From: Cyanobacteria bacterium P01_C01_bin.70
GTDB taxonomy: Bacteria > Cyanobacteriota > Cyanobacteriia > Phormidesmidales > Phormidesmidaceae
NCBI GenBank assembly: GCA_039026015.1
Contig: JBCCNE010000001.1
Coordinates: forward strand, 5,989 to 69,988
DNA: 64,000 nucleotides
Direction of reading: 5' to 3'
Position numbers and translations under genes: made by a program
In this document: piece by piece, positions 19,168 to 28,446 of the stretch
Layout of the letters: each line of letters opens with the position of its first letter
Numbering within the stretch: the first letter of the stretch is position 1
The notes under the pieces: generated by a model
Told to the model about the DNA's origin: nothing
Database searches by the model: none
The model's input: only the letters and a program-made list of their open reading frames with translations

Positions 19168-21995
19168 CCGAGCCTGCTGCGATCGAGAATTGGCAAGCCG
19201 AAGCCGCCAAGGTTGACGCCTTTGTGACGCGCTTTGGCCATGACGGCTATCGGGAGCTGGCTTATTACGCTGCGTTGCCCCTAGTGCTGACTCCGGAGCT
19301 GGTGCATTATCTGCGGACGCAGTTTTTGCGGGAGGCCAATGTGCCCTGGGAGGCAGAGGTGGATCTGCTGCTATCGGATCTGTGTAGTCAGGTAGGCTAT
19401 GAGCTGTACACCCTGGATACCCAGGTGAGAGCCTATCTGCTGGCCCAAATGAAAGGGGACTCCCATTGGCAGCAGCGCCAGGTCGAGGTCGCCCAGATGC
19501 TGATCACCTATGTGAGCTATCTCAGCCGCATCAACCCTCACCGCCGACAGCGGGAGCTGGATGCCCAGCGCCTGGCAGCCATGACCTATCTAGGGGATGA
19601 GTCGTGCCAGCAGGTTGCACAGGAAATTGCCGAACGGCTGAAGCAATTGGAAGCAGCTGAAGCGGAGGGGAAATCGACTCACAGCATTCGGGCGGAGCTG
19701 GCCTATCTGACGCGGCTGACCCAGGAGCTATCGCCGCAACTGGAAGCCACACCGGAACTGGTGGAGTGGGCAGCACTGGTGCAACGGTTGTTGCGGCAGC
19801 CGGAGGACCTGAGCACGGAGGACGTGGTGAGATCGTATCGGGTAGGAGACTACACTTTCACAACCAGCACCCTGCCGATTGAATTGCCTTCGACAATCCA
19901 AGAAGGACGGCTTGAAGGGTTTCCGCCTATGAAGACACTTACGTTTGAAACAGGGCGATTTGAGGAAAACGACGCTGCCGATGACTTCCCTCCGTTAGAA
20001 AATTTCACAGTTCAAGTCGCCACTTTGGAGTTTGAGATAGAGACTACAGACCCCAGCGAAAATCTTGAAACAGAGATGAATTATGTTATCGGGGGGGCAC
20101 TTCATCTTGACTCTCCCGTTTATATTGAGCGGCCCCCAATAGAGAGAAATTGCCTTAAGGCTATTGAAAAAACCAGTTGTCTAATTCGCATCAAAGGTCC
20201 TCGCCAAATGGGCAAAACTTCCCTGATGGCTAAGGTTCTTAACCATGCTGAAGAAATCGGCTGTGTCAGTGTACTTGTTGACTTTCAGCGGGCTGATGAG
20301 GGAGTTTTCAACGATTTAGATCAACTACTCAAATGGTTTTGTGTAAGAGTTGGACGGCAACTGGGGCTGCTCAACAGAATTGACGAATATTGGGATAGTC
20401 TATTTGGCCCTAAAGAGAACTGTAGCGGCTACTTCGAGGAATATTTGCTAGCGCAGTTAAGAAAACCTTTTGCACTAGGTCTGGATGAGCTAGATCAGGT
20501 AATTGGTCAACCGCATATTGGTGCTGACTTTTTGGGATTATTGCGCGCTTGGCATGAGAGCGGAAAACGAGACAACACCTTTAGCAAACTGCGGCTGGTG
20601 CTGGCACATTCCTCAGAAGCTTTCATCTCTTCAGACCTCAACCAGTCACCTTTTAATGTTGGGCTTCAAACTGAGCTAAGAGAGTTTAACCAATCTGAAG
20701 TGCTGACTCTGGCTCAACGTTATCGATTAGAGTTACCGGCCACTTGGTTGTCCCCATTGGCGGATTTAATTGGTGGCCATCCTTACCTGTGGCAACTTGC
20801 GCTGTATGAGATTTCTCAGTCAGATGCTCCATACGACTTTATTGGGCAAGTACTACTTGATGGAGGGGGATATCGCGATCACTTACATCGTCATTTATTA
20901 ACCTTGGAACAATATCCAGAACTGCTCGCCGCGTTTCGCCGGGTCGTCGAGGCAGATGCACCGATCCAACTTGGGGCGACAGAAGCCTTCAAGTTAGAGG
21001 GGATGGGCCTGATTAAAGTTCAAGGTGGTCGTAGTGTAGTTCCATTTTGTAATCTATATCGCCAGTATTTTCGGCAGGCTTTGAGCATTGATGTTGCTAA
21101 TACATCATCAGAATCTACGCTAACGCTGACCACTTTTTCCTTTGAGGTTGCAACCATTGCGCGAGACGAGAGCAGCGGCGAGTGGCAAATTATGCGGGAA
21201 TTGCGGGAAGGGGAACTGTATGAGGAACAGTTGGGTGAGGAAATCACCCTGGAGATGGTGGCGATACCCGGTGACAATTTTGTGATGGGCTCGCCAGCGG
21301 ATGAGCCGAAACGGCAGAGCCGCGAGGGGCCACAGCACCGAGTGCAGGTGCCAAGTTTCTATATGGGTCGATATCCCATAACTCAGAGACAATGGGCATT
21401 TGTGGCGACTCTGCCCCAGGGACAGCGGGCGCTAGCGCCAGATCCGGCTCGATTCAAGGGAGCTTATCGTCCCGTAGAAAGGGTGTCGTGGTTTGACGCG
21501 GTGGAGTTTTGTGCCCGATTGAGTGCCTATACAGGGCGGGAATATCGATTGCCCAGTGAGGCGGAGTGGGAATATGCCTGCCGAGCTAACACGACGACCC
21601 CCTTTCACTTTGGGACGACGCTGTCATCAGAGTTGGCAAATTATTACTGCTTTAAAACTTACAACGGTGGGCCAGGGGGGGAGCCTATAGATGCAACCAG
21701 CCCAGTCGGTCAGTTTGGGGTAACGAATGCCTCTGGTCTGTCAGATATGCACGGTAATGTATCGGAGTGGTGCTTAGATCACTCTCACAGCAGCTATGAA
21801 GGTGCACCGACGGACGGCGGCCCTTGGATTGATGAGGAGGCCGACGAAATTCAGTCTCGCATTCGTCGCGGTGGTTCTTGGAACCACTCTCCGAGGGATT
21901 GCCGTTCTGCCTACCGCGGCAACGGCGCTCCGCATGCATCCAACGTCAACATTGGTTTTCGTTTGATTTGTGTTGCCCCCAGGGCTTTGGAGTAG
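19164..21995 (+). CDS. vWA-associated helical domain + AAA_35-like ATPase + FGE-sulfatase (C-lectin fold) domain
   Basis: AALPLVLTPEL...VDLLLSDLC..VGYELY; YIERPP, IKGPRQMGKTS, LDELD, SPFNVG, GGHPYL; YRLPSEAEWEYACRA, DMHGNVSEWC, RGGSW, GFR. Confidence 0.9.
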   Translation: MTEPAAIENWQAEAAKVDAFVTRFGHDGYRELAYYAALPLVLTPELVHYLRTQFLREANVPWEAEVDLLLSDLCSQVGYELYTLDTQVRAYLLAQMKGDSHWQQRQVEVAQMLITYVSYLSRINPHRRQRELDAQRLAAMTYLGDESCQQVAQEIAERLKQLEAAEAEGKSTHSIRAELAYLTRLTQELSPQLEATPELVEWAALVQRLLRQPEDLSTEDVVRSYRVGDYTFTTSTLPIELPSTIQEGRLEGFPPMKTLTFETGRFEENDAADDFPPLENFTVQVATLEFEIETTDPSENLETEMNYVIGGALHLDSPVYIERPPIERNCLKAIEKTSCLIRIKGPRQMGKTSLMAKVLNHAEEIGCVSVLVDFQRADEGVFNDLDQLLKWFCVRVGRQLGLLNRIDEYWDSLFGPKENCSGYFEEYLLAQLRKPFALGLDELDQVIGQPHIGADFLGLLRAWHESGKRDNTFSKLRLVLAHSSEAFISSDLNQSPFNVGLQTELREFNQSEVLTLAQRYRLELPATWLSPLADLIGGHPYLWQLALYEISQSDAPYDFIGQVLLDGGGYRDHLHRHLLTLEQYPELLAAFRRVVEADAPIQLGATEAFKLEGMGLIKVQGGRSVVPFCNLYRQYFRQALSIDVANTSSESTLTLTTFSFEVATIARDESSGEWQIMRELREGELYEEQLGEEITLEMVAIPGDNFVMGSPADEPKRQSREGPQHRVQVPSFYMGRYPITQRQWAFVATLPQGQRALAPDPARFKGAYRPVERVSWFDAVEFCARLSAYTGREYRLPSEAEWEYACRANTTTPFHFGTTLSSELANYYCFKTYNGGPGGEPIDATSPVGQFGVTNASGLSDMHGNVSEWCLDHSHSSYEGAPTDGGPWIDEEADEIQSRIRRGGSWNHSPRDCRSAYRGNGAPHASNVNIGFRLICVAPRALE

Positions 21996-22132
21996 CCCTT
22001 TCTCCCTTGTTACCTTTTACTCTCTTTGGCGCGTAGCACCTCGAAAGTTTTTGGCCTTTTGAGAGAGTCCCCAGAAACCTGGGCTCTCACAGCATCGGCT
22101 CGCTGGGCTGAGAGCGATATGATGATGGCGAC

Positions 22133-23941
22133 ATGGCTACCCCTGACGCTGCTGTGAAAGACATCTTTATCAGCTATACCAGCACTGACCAAGCCTGGGC
22201 TGACTGGTTCGCCTGGGTGCTCGAAGATAAGGGATATACAGCTAAAACTCGGGCAATAGAGCAATCTTTGAAAGTAGGACCTCTATTGACTGATCGCTTC
22301 TTTTCACAAAGTTCCCCTTTGACTTCTAACGATCTTGAGGCGAGCGATCTTACCTTGCTTCTAGTCTCAAAAAATTACATCCAGTTGTTTAATGACCAAA
22401 CAACTGGGCTAAGTCTTTTTTTGGAGAGGGATACTGTCACTGATGCGGAAGTGAAAACAACAATTCGACCGGGTCAGTTAGGTCGGGTGAGGATGAATGG
22501 TGTACGGTGGCGCGCCTGTTGTGATCGCCCCATCACCCTCGCTGAAGGTACGCAAGTCAGAGTTTTAGGTCGTCGAGCTAACATCTTAGTAGTTGAACCC
22601 CTTGACCAGAACGAAGAGATTCAAAAAATAATCCCGGTTCTTCTAGAGAACTGCGAGTTACCTTCAGAACTAAGGCTTTCAAGAATAGCAAATGTTACTA
22701 ATTTGTCTGAGGTTGAAACGGAGGAAACAGTTCTTGAAATCATAAAGTCTGATGAGAATACTTTAGATGAAAGTAGAATTCAGACAGCATCAGACTTATA
22801 TCTAAGAAATAATGAAATTCTGCTTGAGGCAGATCAAGCTCTTAAGCTGCGTCGTCGCCCCGCCACTGTGCAGGGCTATCGAGAACGGCTGACGGCTGAC
22901 CTAAACCTTGAGATGATGCAAATCCCGGTGGGGCGCTTTTTGATGGGGTCGCCGGAGGATGAGCCAGAGCGGAACAGCAACGAAGGCCCGCAGCACGAGG
23001 TACAGGTACCGGGATTCTTTATGGGTAAGTACTCGGTAACACAGGTGGAGTGGCGCTGGGTAGCAGAGAACTTACCCCAAGTGAATCGAGAGCTGAAGGC
23101 TGACCCTTCCAGCTTCAAAGGAGACAGGCATCCAGTTGAAAGGGTGAGTTGGTACGACGCAGTAGAGTTTTGCGACAGACTGAGCCTGTACACAGGCCGC
23201 ACCTACCGCCTTCCTAGTGAGGCCGAGTGGGAATATGCTTGCCGTGCGGACACCAAAACCCCCTTTCACTTTGGCGAAACCATCACGACCACAGTGGCAA
23301 ATTACAATGGTGCGGATAATCCGAATATCGCCTTGTCTGGCTCTTATGGTCGAGGCCCCAAGGGAGAATATCGGCGACAAACGACCTCTGTAGATTACTT
23401 CAAAGTAACCAATGGCTTTGGCCTATGCGACATGCATGGCAATATCTGGGAGTGGTGTCTCGATCATTCTCACAGCAGTTATGAGGGCGCGCCTAAAGAT
23501 GGCAGCGCCTGGATCGATGAAAAGGCTGAGAAAAATAGGTTTCGTATCATTCGTGGTGGTTCCTGGATCAGCCTTCCGAGGGATTGTCGTTCTGCCCACT
23601 ATGACTCAGAGCTTCCGCGTGAATTTAACTACAATTTAGGTTTTCGTGTTGTGTGCGTTGTTTCCAAGACAGGCCGTGAGCATTTAGAAAATGCCGCCTC
23701 GAATAACAAGACAACCGGTTTAAGTTCTAACTTGCTGAGATTGTTAACTCTTGCTTGTCAAGAGGGATTTCAGGATAGAGCGATCGCCCAACAACTTCAA
23801 ATTTCAGAAGCAGAGGTGCGAGCACTATGGGAGGAATCATACAAAGTTCTAGGTATTGATATAGAGGCTGAAAAAGCCGATGGACGAAACCTGCGAGTTA
23901 CGTGTTGCTTGCGGGCGCAACAAAGAGGCTTGATTGAATAG
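22133..23941 (+). CDS. TIR-like (with NfeD-like insertion) + FGE-sulfatase + C-terminal LuxR-like HTH protein
   Basis: DIFISYTSTDQAWADWFAWVLE...KIIPVLLENCELP; NfeD-like 22442-22600; FGE motifs; LLTLACQEGFQDRAIAQQLQISEAEVR. Confidence 0.85.
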   Translation: MATPDAAVKDIFISYTSTDQAWADWFAWVLEDKGYTAKTRAIEQSLKVGPLLTDRFFSQSSPLTSNDLEASDLTLLLVSKNYIQLFNDQTTGLSLFLERDTVTDAEVKTTIRPGQLGRVRMNGVRWRACCDRPITLAEGTQVRVLGRRANILVVEPLDQNEEIQKIIPVLLENCELPSELRLSRIANVTNLSEVETEETVLEIIKSDENTLDESRIQTASDLYLRNNEILLEADQALKLRRRPATVQGYRERLTADLNLEMMQIPVGRFLMGSPEDEPERNSNEGPQHEVQVPGFFMGKYSVTQVEWRWVAENLPQVNRELKADPSSFKGDRHPVERVSWYDAVEFCDRLSLYTGRTYRLPSEAEWEYACRADTKTPFHFGETITTTVANYNGADNPNIALSGSYGRGPKGEYRRQTTSVDYFKVTNGFGLCDMHGNIWEWCLDHSHSSYEGAPKDGSAWIDEKAEKNRFRIIRGGSWISLPRDCRSAHYDSELPREFNYNLGFRVVCVVSKTGREHLENAASNNKTTGLSSNLLRLLTLACQEGFQDRAIAQQLQISEAEVRALWEESYKVLGIDIEAEKADGRNLRVTCCLRAQQRGLIE

Positions 23942-24151
23942 CCATCAGACTGTCGGGCGTGCAGCAAAGAGTCCAGACCTGATCCGGTAATACCCTGCGG
24001 TATCCAAAGATCAACCGGGGTCAGTTAGCTTGGTAGAGAGATCGAAGTTTGCCCGGTCTTACTGCATGAATATTGTTTCCTATGAAGTAAGAGATACCTA
24101 TCTAAGTTTGTAAATTTCTGACATAGAAAATCCACATTTCCTAAAATCACT

Positions 24152-25378
24152 ATGGAAACGTTACAAAGTCTTGTTGAAATAGTCAGACAATCTCTACCAA
24201 AGAGTGTTGAGCGCAGAAAAGCATTAACCCGTTTATTAGAGGCCATCAGAGTCTCTAACGAACTATATTGTCCGGGTCGTTATGATTATCCCTCCGAACT
24301 CTATCACGATGCTCTACAAAATACTTTTCTCTACATCGCAAGAAATATTGACGAATACGACCCGTCGAAATCAGAGTTTCTCGTGTGGGTAAATCACAAG
24401 CTTGATCATGCCTTTAAAGAGGAAATCAAGAAATTCAATGTTGATGATACGTTAGCAATACCTTTTTCTTTAAAGCAAGAGAGCAGTTTCTCTGATGGGG
24501 CTTTTCAAGTTTTGGAGGCTGCTGCAAGCAGCTCAGCTACAACTCTTCAAGTCGAAGAGCCTTCTACAAACACCTTAGTCTTTAAGCCCGAAACCAAAAC
24601 CGCTCGTTACTTTACTGAGCAACTTAGCGACAAAGTGGGTCTAGACATGATCTGGGTGCCCGGAGGCGAGTTTGACATGGGCTCTGCCGATGATGACTCT
24701 GATAGCAACGACAATGAACGCCCTCAACACCGAGTTGTGGTCTCGGGCCTTTTCATGGGGTGTTATCCGATCACTCAATCTCAGTGGCGAGCAGTCGCCG
24801 CCATGCCCCAACACAATCAAAAACTCAACCCTGATCCGGCTTACTACAAAGGTGAAAAACGTCCCGTCGAAAGTATCACTTGGTACGACGCAACAGAATT
24901 TTGCGATCGCCTTTCTAACTCCACAGGCCGTACATACCGTTTACCCAGTGAGGCTGAGTGGGAATATGCCTGCCGCGCCCACACGACAACCCCCTTCCAT
25001 TTCGGTAGCAAGCTAACCAGTGATTTGGCCAACTTTGATAACTCTGCAGAAGAGGGAGTTGCTGGCACATACGAAGGCACAACTCCGTTTGATACCTTTA
25101 CTTTTGCCAATGGCTTTGGCTTAGCAGATATGCATGGCAACGTTTTAGAGTGGTGCTTAGATAACTGGCATGACAACTATGAGGGTGCGCCTACAGATGG
25201 TCGTGCTTGGCTTGACAAAAAAATTCAGGCCGCTCGACCTCGTGTTTTGCGAGGTGGTGCCTGGGACTTTAACCCGAAGATTTGTCGTTCTGCCTATCGT
25301 GACTTCAGTGACCCGCGCAAAGCCTCTGATGTCATCGGTTTTCGAGTGGTCTGTGTTGCCCCCAGGGCTCTTGCGTAA
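24152..25378 (+). CDS. Sigma70 region-2-like N-terminus + FGE-sulfatase protein
   Basis: RRKALTRLL...ELYHDALQNTFLYIARNIDEYDPSKSEFLVWVN resembles cyanobacterial ECF-like sigma factors; complete FGE motifs. Confidence 0.8.
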   Translation: METLQSLVEIVRQSLPKSVERRKALTRLLEAIRVSNELYCPGRYDYPSELYHDALQNTFLYIARNIDEYDPSKSEFLVWVNHKLDHAFKEEIKKFNVDDTLAIPFSLKQESSFSDGAFQVLEAAASSSATTLQVEEPSTNTLVFKPETKTARYFTEQLSDKVGLDMIWVPGGEFDMGSADDDSDSNDNERPQHRVVVSGLFMGCYPITQSQWRAVAAMPQHNQKLNPDPAYYKGEKRPVESITWYDATEFCDRLSNSTGRTYRLPSEAEWEYACRAHTTTPFHFGSKLTSDLANFDNSAEEGVAGTYEGTTPFDTFTFANGFGLADMHGNVLEWCLDNWHDNYEGAPTDGRAWLDKKIQAARPRVLRGGAWDFNPKICRSAYRDFSDPRKASDVIGFRVVCVAPRALA

Positions 25379-25692
25379 CCGGCTGAAGCAGTCAGTGGCA
25401 ACAAAAACTTTCAGAAACGGGGCGGCCAGCCCATTCCGACACAGTTTACAGGTCACTCTAATATTGTATGGGTGGCAACAGCTTCTCTCACCTCCCGCAA
25501 CCCCGTCACCAGAAGCCCAAGCGATCTGGACACACTACAAGACCTTTGTCATGGCGGCACCAACTCCGGCAGTAGACAGGAAATGCCCCGCAGCTCCAGC
25601 CCCACAATTTCCATCTAGCGACGAATCTACTGAGCGTTCTAGCTCCCTGCCATTGCAAACTATCGAGTCAGTCTTCCCAGCATCTACACACC

Positions 25693-26160
25693 CTAGTTCC
25701 AACGAATGTCACATAGATAGCTTTCTTCAAGAAATTGGCTGTAGCGATATAAGATATTCTGCCGTTGATTGGGAAAGGCAACCGTCAGCTTGGTGACGCT
25801 TACTCTCGAACTGAAACTCTCGGGTTCCCTACCCGTAGGCAGGTCTTCTGACTGCAAGACTTGTTGAACTGTCGCTAATGTCCGCCACCCACACTGAGGC
25901 GCAGGCGATTCACTTTCCCATACCTCTGAAATCAGGGCCACTGCATCGGGCGATAGCGACTCCGGACACAATGACTCCGGCAACCCGATCGCCGTTGTTA
26001 ATCGCTCATCCGACCACCAAGCCCACCATTCAGTCCGATGCACCAATTCAGCATTTGGAGCTTGGCGGATAGAAGCGATCTGGGTTTGATCCAGTGCCGC
26101 TAGTCTCAAGGCCTCCAGCCAAGTGACTGCCGCATAGCATCGCGTTAAAAATCGGGCCAT
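25693..26160 (-). CDS. Hypothetical protein
   Basis: 155-aa ORF with ATG start, co-oriented with its neighbour. Confidence 0.6.
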   Translation of the reverse strand: MARFLTRCYAAVTWLEALRLAALDQTQIASIRQAPNAELVHRTEWWAWWSDERLTTAIGLPESLCPESLSPDAVALISEVWESESPAPQCGWRTLATVQQVLQSEDLPTGREPESFSSRVSVTKLTVAFPNQRQNILYRYSQFLEESYLCDIRWN

Positions 26161-26343
26161 GACGTGGCTGCCTTGCTCACTATGGGCAAATCACCTCAAC
26201 TCCAGCCCAGTGGCAACTTATCTTGTGCTACCTACCTCACCCGCTTCGAGAAGAATTCCTATCCTGAATTGGTTTCCCATGCACTCCTGAAACTCATCTC
26301 GCAACATTCATCGGGAGCCATGCTGTGGTTATTAGAGGACTCA

Positions 26344-26805
26344 TTACGACACCACGTCTTGACCATCCTCAATCTCAGCTTCCATACGAGCCATGGCTCT
26401 TTCGTAGACTCTTAGCCCCAGTAACACCAGACGCACCAACATTTGGTCGGGATGACGCTGACTTGCTTCGGCAAGTTCCGCAATCCGTTCCGCCGGGATG
26501 TGCTCATTGAATAGCACTAGATTTGCTTCGAGTTCGTGAATGAGGGGACGACGATGCTTTTGGGCACTTTCCCTGAGTTGCTCTCCAGTTTCGCTAGTCA
26601 GGAGTAATTCCAACAATTCAGCCAAGAAGGGCGATCGCTTTTTATTGCCTTCCGCTTCACATTGCGCCTCCATCGCCGCCAGCAGCTCCGCGCTCATATA
26701 AAACGTCGGACGACAGCCCCCCTCTGATTCCTGAGAGGTCACCGAGGATTTGTTCTTGCTGCGAGAGGTCGGGGAATTCACGATGATTTGTCGTAATAAG
26801 AGCAA
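26344..26805 (-). CDS. Hypothetical protein, possibly RHH-like DNA-binding
   Basis: RPTFYMSAELLAAMEAQCEAEGNKKRSPFLAELLE; divergent from the conjugation genes; start uncertain. Confidence 0.6.
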   Translation of the reverse strand: MLLLRQIIVNSPTSRSKNKSSVTSQESEGGCRPTFYMSAELLAAMEAQCEAEGNKKRSPFLAELLELLLTSETGEQLRESAQKHRRPLIHELEANLVLFNEHIPAERIAELAEASQRHPDQMLVRLVLLGLRVYERAMARMEAEIEDGQDVVS

Positions 26806-27264
26806 CTAGATATATCCTAACCTCCTACTGAGTAGGATAAAAAGGCACGAAGAAGCTTCATAAAAACTATTCAGTCATTCCTTTAGAACGACATTGACTT
26901 TATGTCAGCTTCATCCACGAGTTCTCCCACAAAGTCAGAGCGGTAAACCAGATTTTACCGTTCTCCTCAACCGGATTGTTGACCACTGCCCAGAAGGCAT
27001 CATTTTTAACATGGCTTGTGAATACAGAAGTAAACAGCTCACGTGTTGGCAGACAGCACTTTCCAAACAAAATCTAAAACCTGCTTTACTTTTCAGAAAG
27101 ATTGCTACAGTATGATTTAGTAGTACTTAAAAAAGAATAGTATTACTTATCTAAAGTGAGTGCTGAACCTGCAGGCAATTCTCGCTTTCTGGCTCAAGTC
27201 ATGGCTCACTCACTGTCGTTCAGGGCGTTATCTACCTACTTCGATTCGCTGTGGAGTAGGTGTC

Positions 27265-27738
27265 ATGAAAGTTTTGCTCGCTCAACTGGGTCATTGGCCC
27301 ACCTGGTTTTGGCGTCTGCCTTTCCCAGCGCTGAGTCTGGGGCTGTTCATATTCTTGTTGCCGTTACCGCTCATTAGTCCCCAATATTCTCGTCTTCGGA
27401 CTCTGAGAGGGTGGCGACTGTTCGGCATAGTGGCCGGACTGCTGCTTTTTACCGCCATTACCAGTCATGCCAACCCGGCGATGGCGCAGCTGTTCGACAC
27501 GGTGGAAAGCCAAGCCCAAACCCTGTTTGGTGAATACCTTGATAGCGGCATCATCGCCTTTATCTTTGGCGTGCTCCGCATCGTCATTTGGGTCTCGGCT
27601 GTGGGTTTTGTGTTCTTCGCGGTGTATCAGGCTCAGCGGGGCGAGCAGTGGCAGCCGCTGCTGCAAAACGCCTTCATCATCATTGCTGCCGTGGTGATTG
27701 TGGAAGGACTGAGCCGCCTTTTCTTCGGTACGGCTTGA
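27265..27738 (+). CDS. Putative VirB2/pilin-like protein of a cyanobacterial conjugation system
   Basis: Long leader ending PAMA|QLF, then two hydrophobic helices separated by QAQRGEQWQ; start uncertain. Confidence 0.6.
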   Translation: MKVLLAQLGHWPTWFWRLPFPALSLGLFIFLLPLPLISPQYSRLRTLRGWRLFGIVAGLLLFTAITSHANPAMAQLFDTVESQAQTLFGEYLDSGIIAFIFGVLRIVIWVSAVGFVFFAVYQAQRGEQWQPLLQNAFIIIAAVVIVEGLSRLFFGTA

Positions 27739-27751
27739 AGGAGGGCTGGTC

Positions 27752-28063
27752 ATGAGTGATGAACCCTCCCGCTTGTTTTGTCGGGTCAATCCCAGCTTGG
27801 GCAAAAACCCTTCCCTCGGCCCGATTCCCGCCAATCTGCTGGCTCCCTCTGGAGCCATTCTCGTCGGCTTCTACGTCCTAATTGAAGTCCTACTTAGCCT
27901 CGGCTTTGTCCTATTTCTATTGCTCAGTTTGTGGGGTGTTTCCACTTGGTGGGTGGTGGTGGGCGAAAAGACCTGGCGATTCACCCACAAGTTTATTCGC
28001 GTCCCGCAGTGGAAGCGAGGCCATGTGTCCTATCAGCGTCATCAGTTAAAACGTCATGAATAA
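27752..28063 (+). CDS. Putative VirB3-like membrane protein
   Basis: RVNPSLGKNPSLGPIPANLLAP plus TM segments; follows the pilin-like gene; GGAGG RBS. Confidence 0.6.
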   Translation: MSDEPSRLFCRVNPSLGKNPSLGPIPANLLAPSGAILVGFYVLIEVLLSLGFVLFLLLSLWGVSTWWVVVGEKTWRFTHKFIRVPQWKRGHVSYQRHQLKRHE

Positions 28064-28166
28064 ACCACGACTGGGCACGCAACGCTTTACCTTTCGCCCG
28101 TTTGAAGATGAATCCCATCTGGAATGCCTCTGTCGTTTGCAACTGCGGGGGCGCGATGTCGGCGCA
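28056..28166 (+). pseudogene. Truncated 5' end of the next conjugation gene
   Basis: RPFEDESHLECLCRLQLRGRDVGA, then an abrupt loss of frame. Confidence 0.5.
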
Positions 28167-28426
28167 GCCTCAGCCAGCTCGATTCAGCTCAGGAAATCCC
28201 CATTCTGGAACCGGACGACGATTTGGAGTTCACCCTGAGCCAGTGGCGACAGCAGTGGAGCACAACCTTGATTCTGAGTAACTGGCGATTTCGAGATCGG
28301 ATGCGGCATTACGGTCTGACGTTTCCCACCAGAGCGATCGCGCCGAGTCACCCGAACTATCCCGACTGGCTAGCCCTTCACGACGAGACTTCGTTGGAGG
28401 AATGGCTCACCGACCTGACCCCGTAA
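28167..28426 (+). pseudogene. 3' remnant of an unrelated hypothetical gene
   Basis: Protein-like frame ...EIPILEPDDDLEFTLSQW...EEWLTDLTP* without a credible start. Confidence 0.45.
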
Positions 28427-28446
28427 CGCTTCATCAGGAGAGTCCC

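Noticed and set aside
21240-25378. FGE domains as sulfatase-activating enzymes
   Set aside because: The catalytic Cys pair is absent (RGGSW/RGGAW type) and no sulfatase is nearby
19164-25700. Complete DGR cassette
   Set aside because: No reverse transcriptase, Avd or AAC-rich template repeat was recognised in the window
25170-25796. 208-aa ORF and the many short antisense or overlapping ORFs in the track
   Set aside because: They overlap well-supported genes in other frames and show no recognisable motifs
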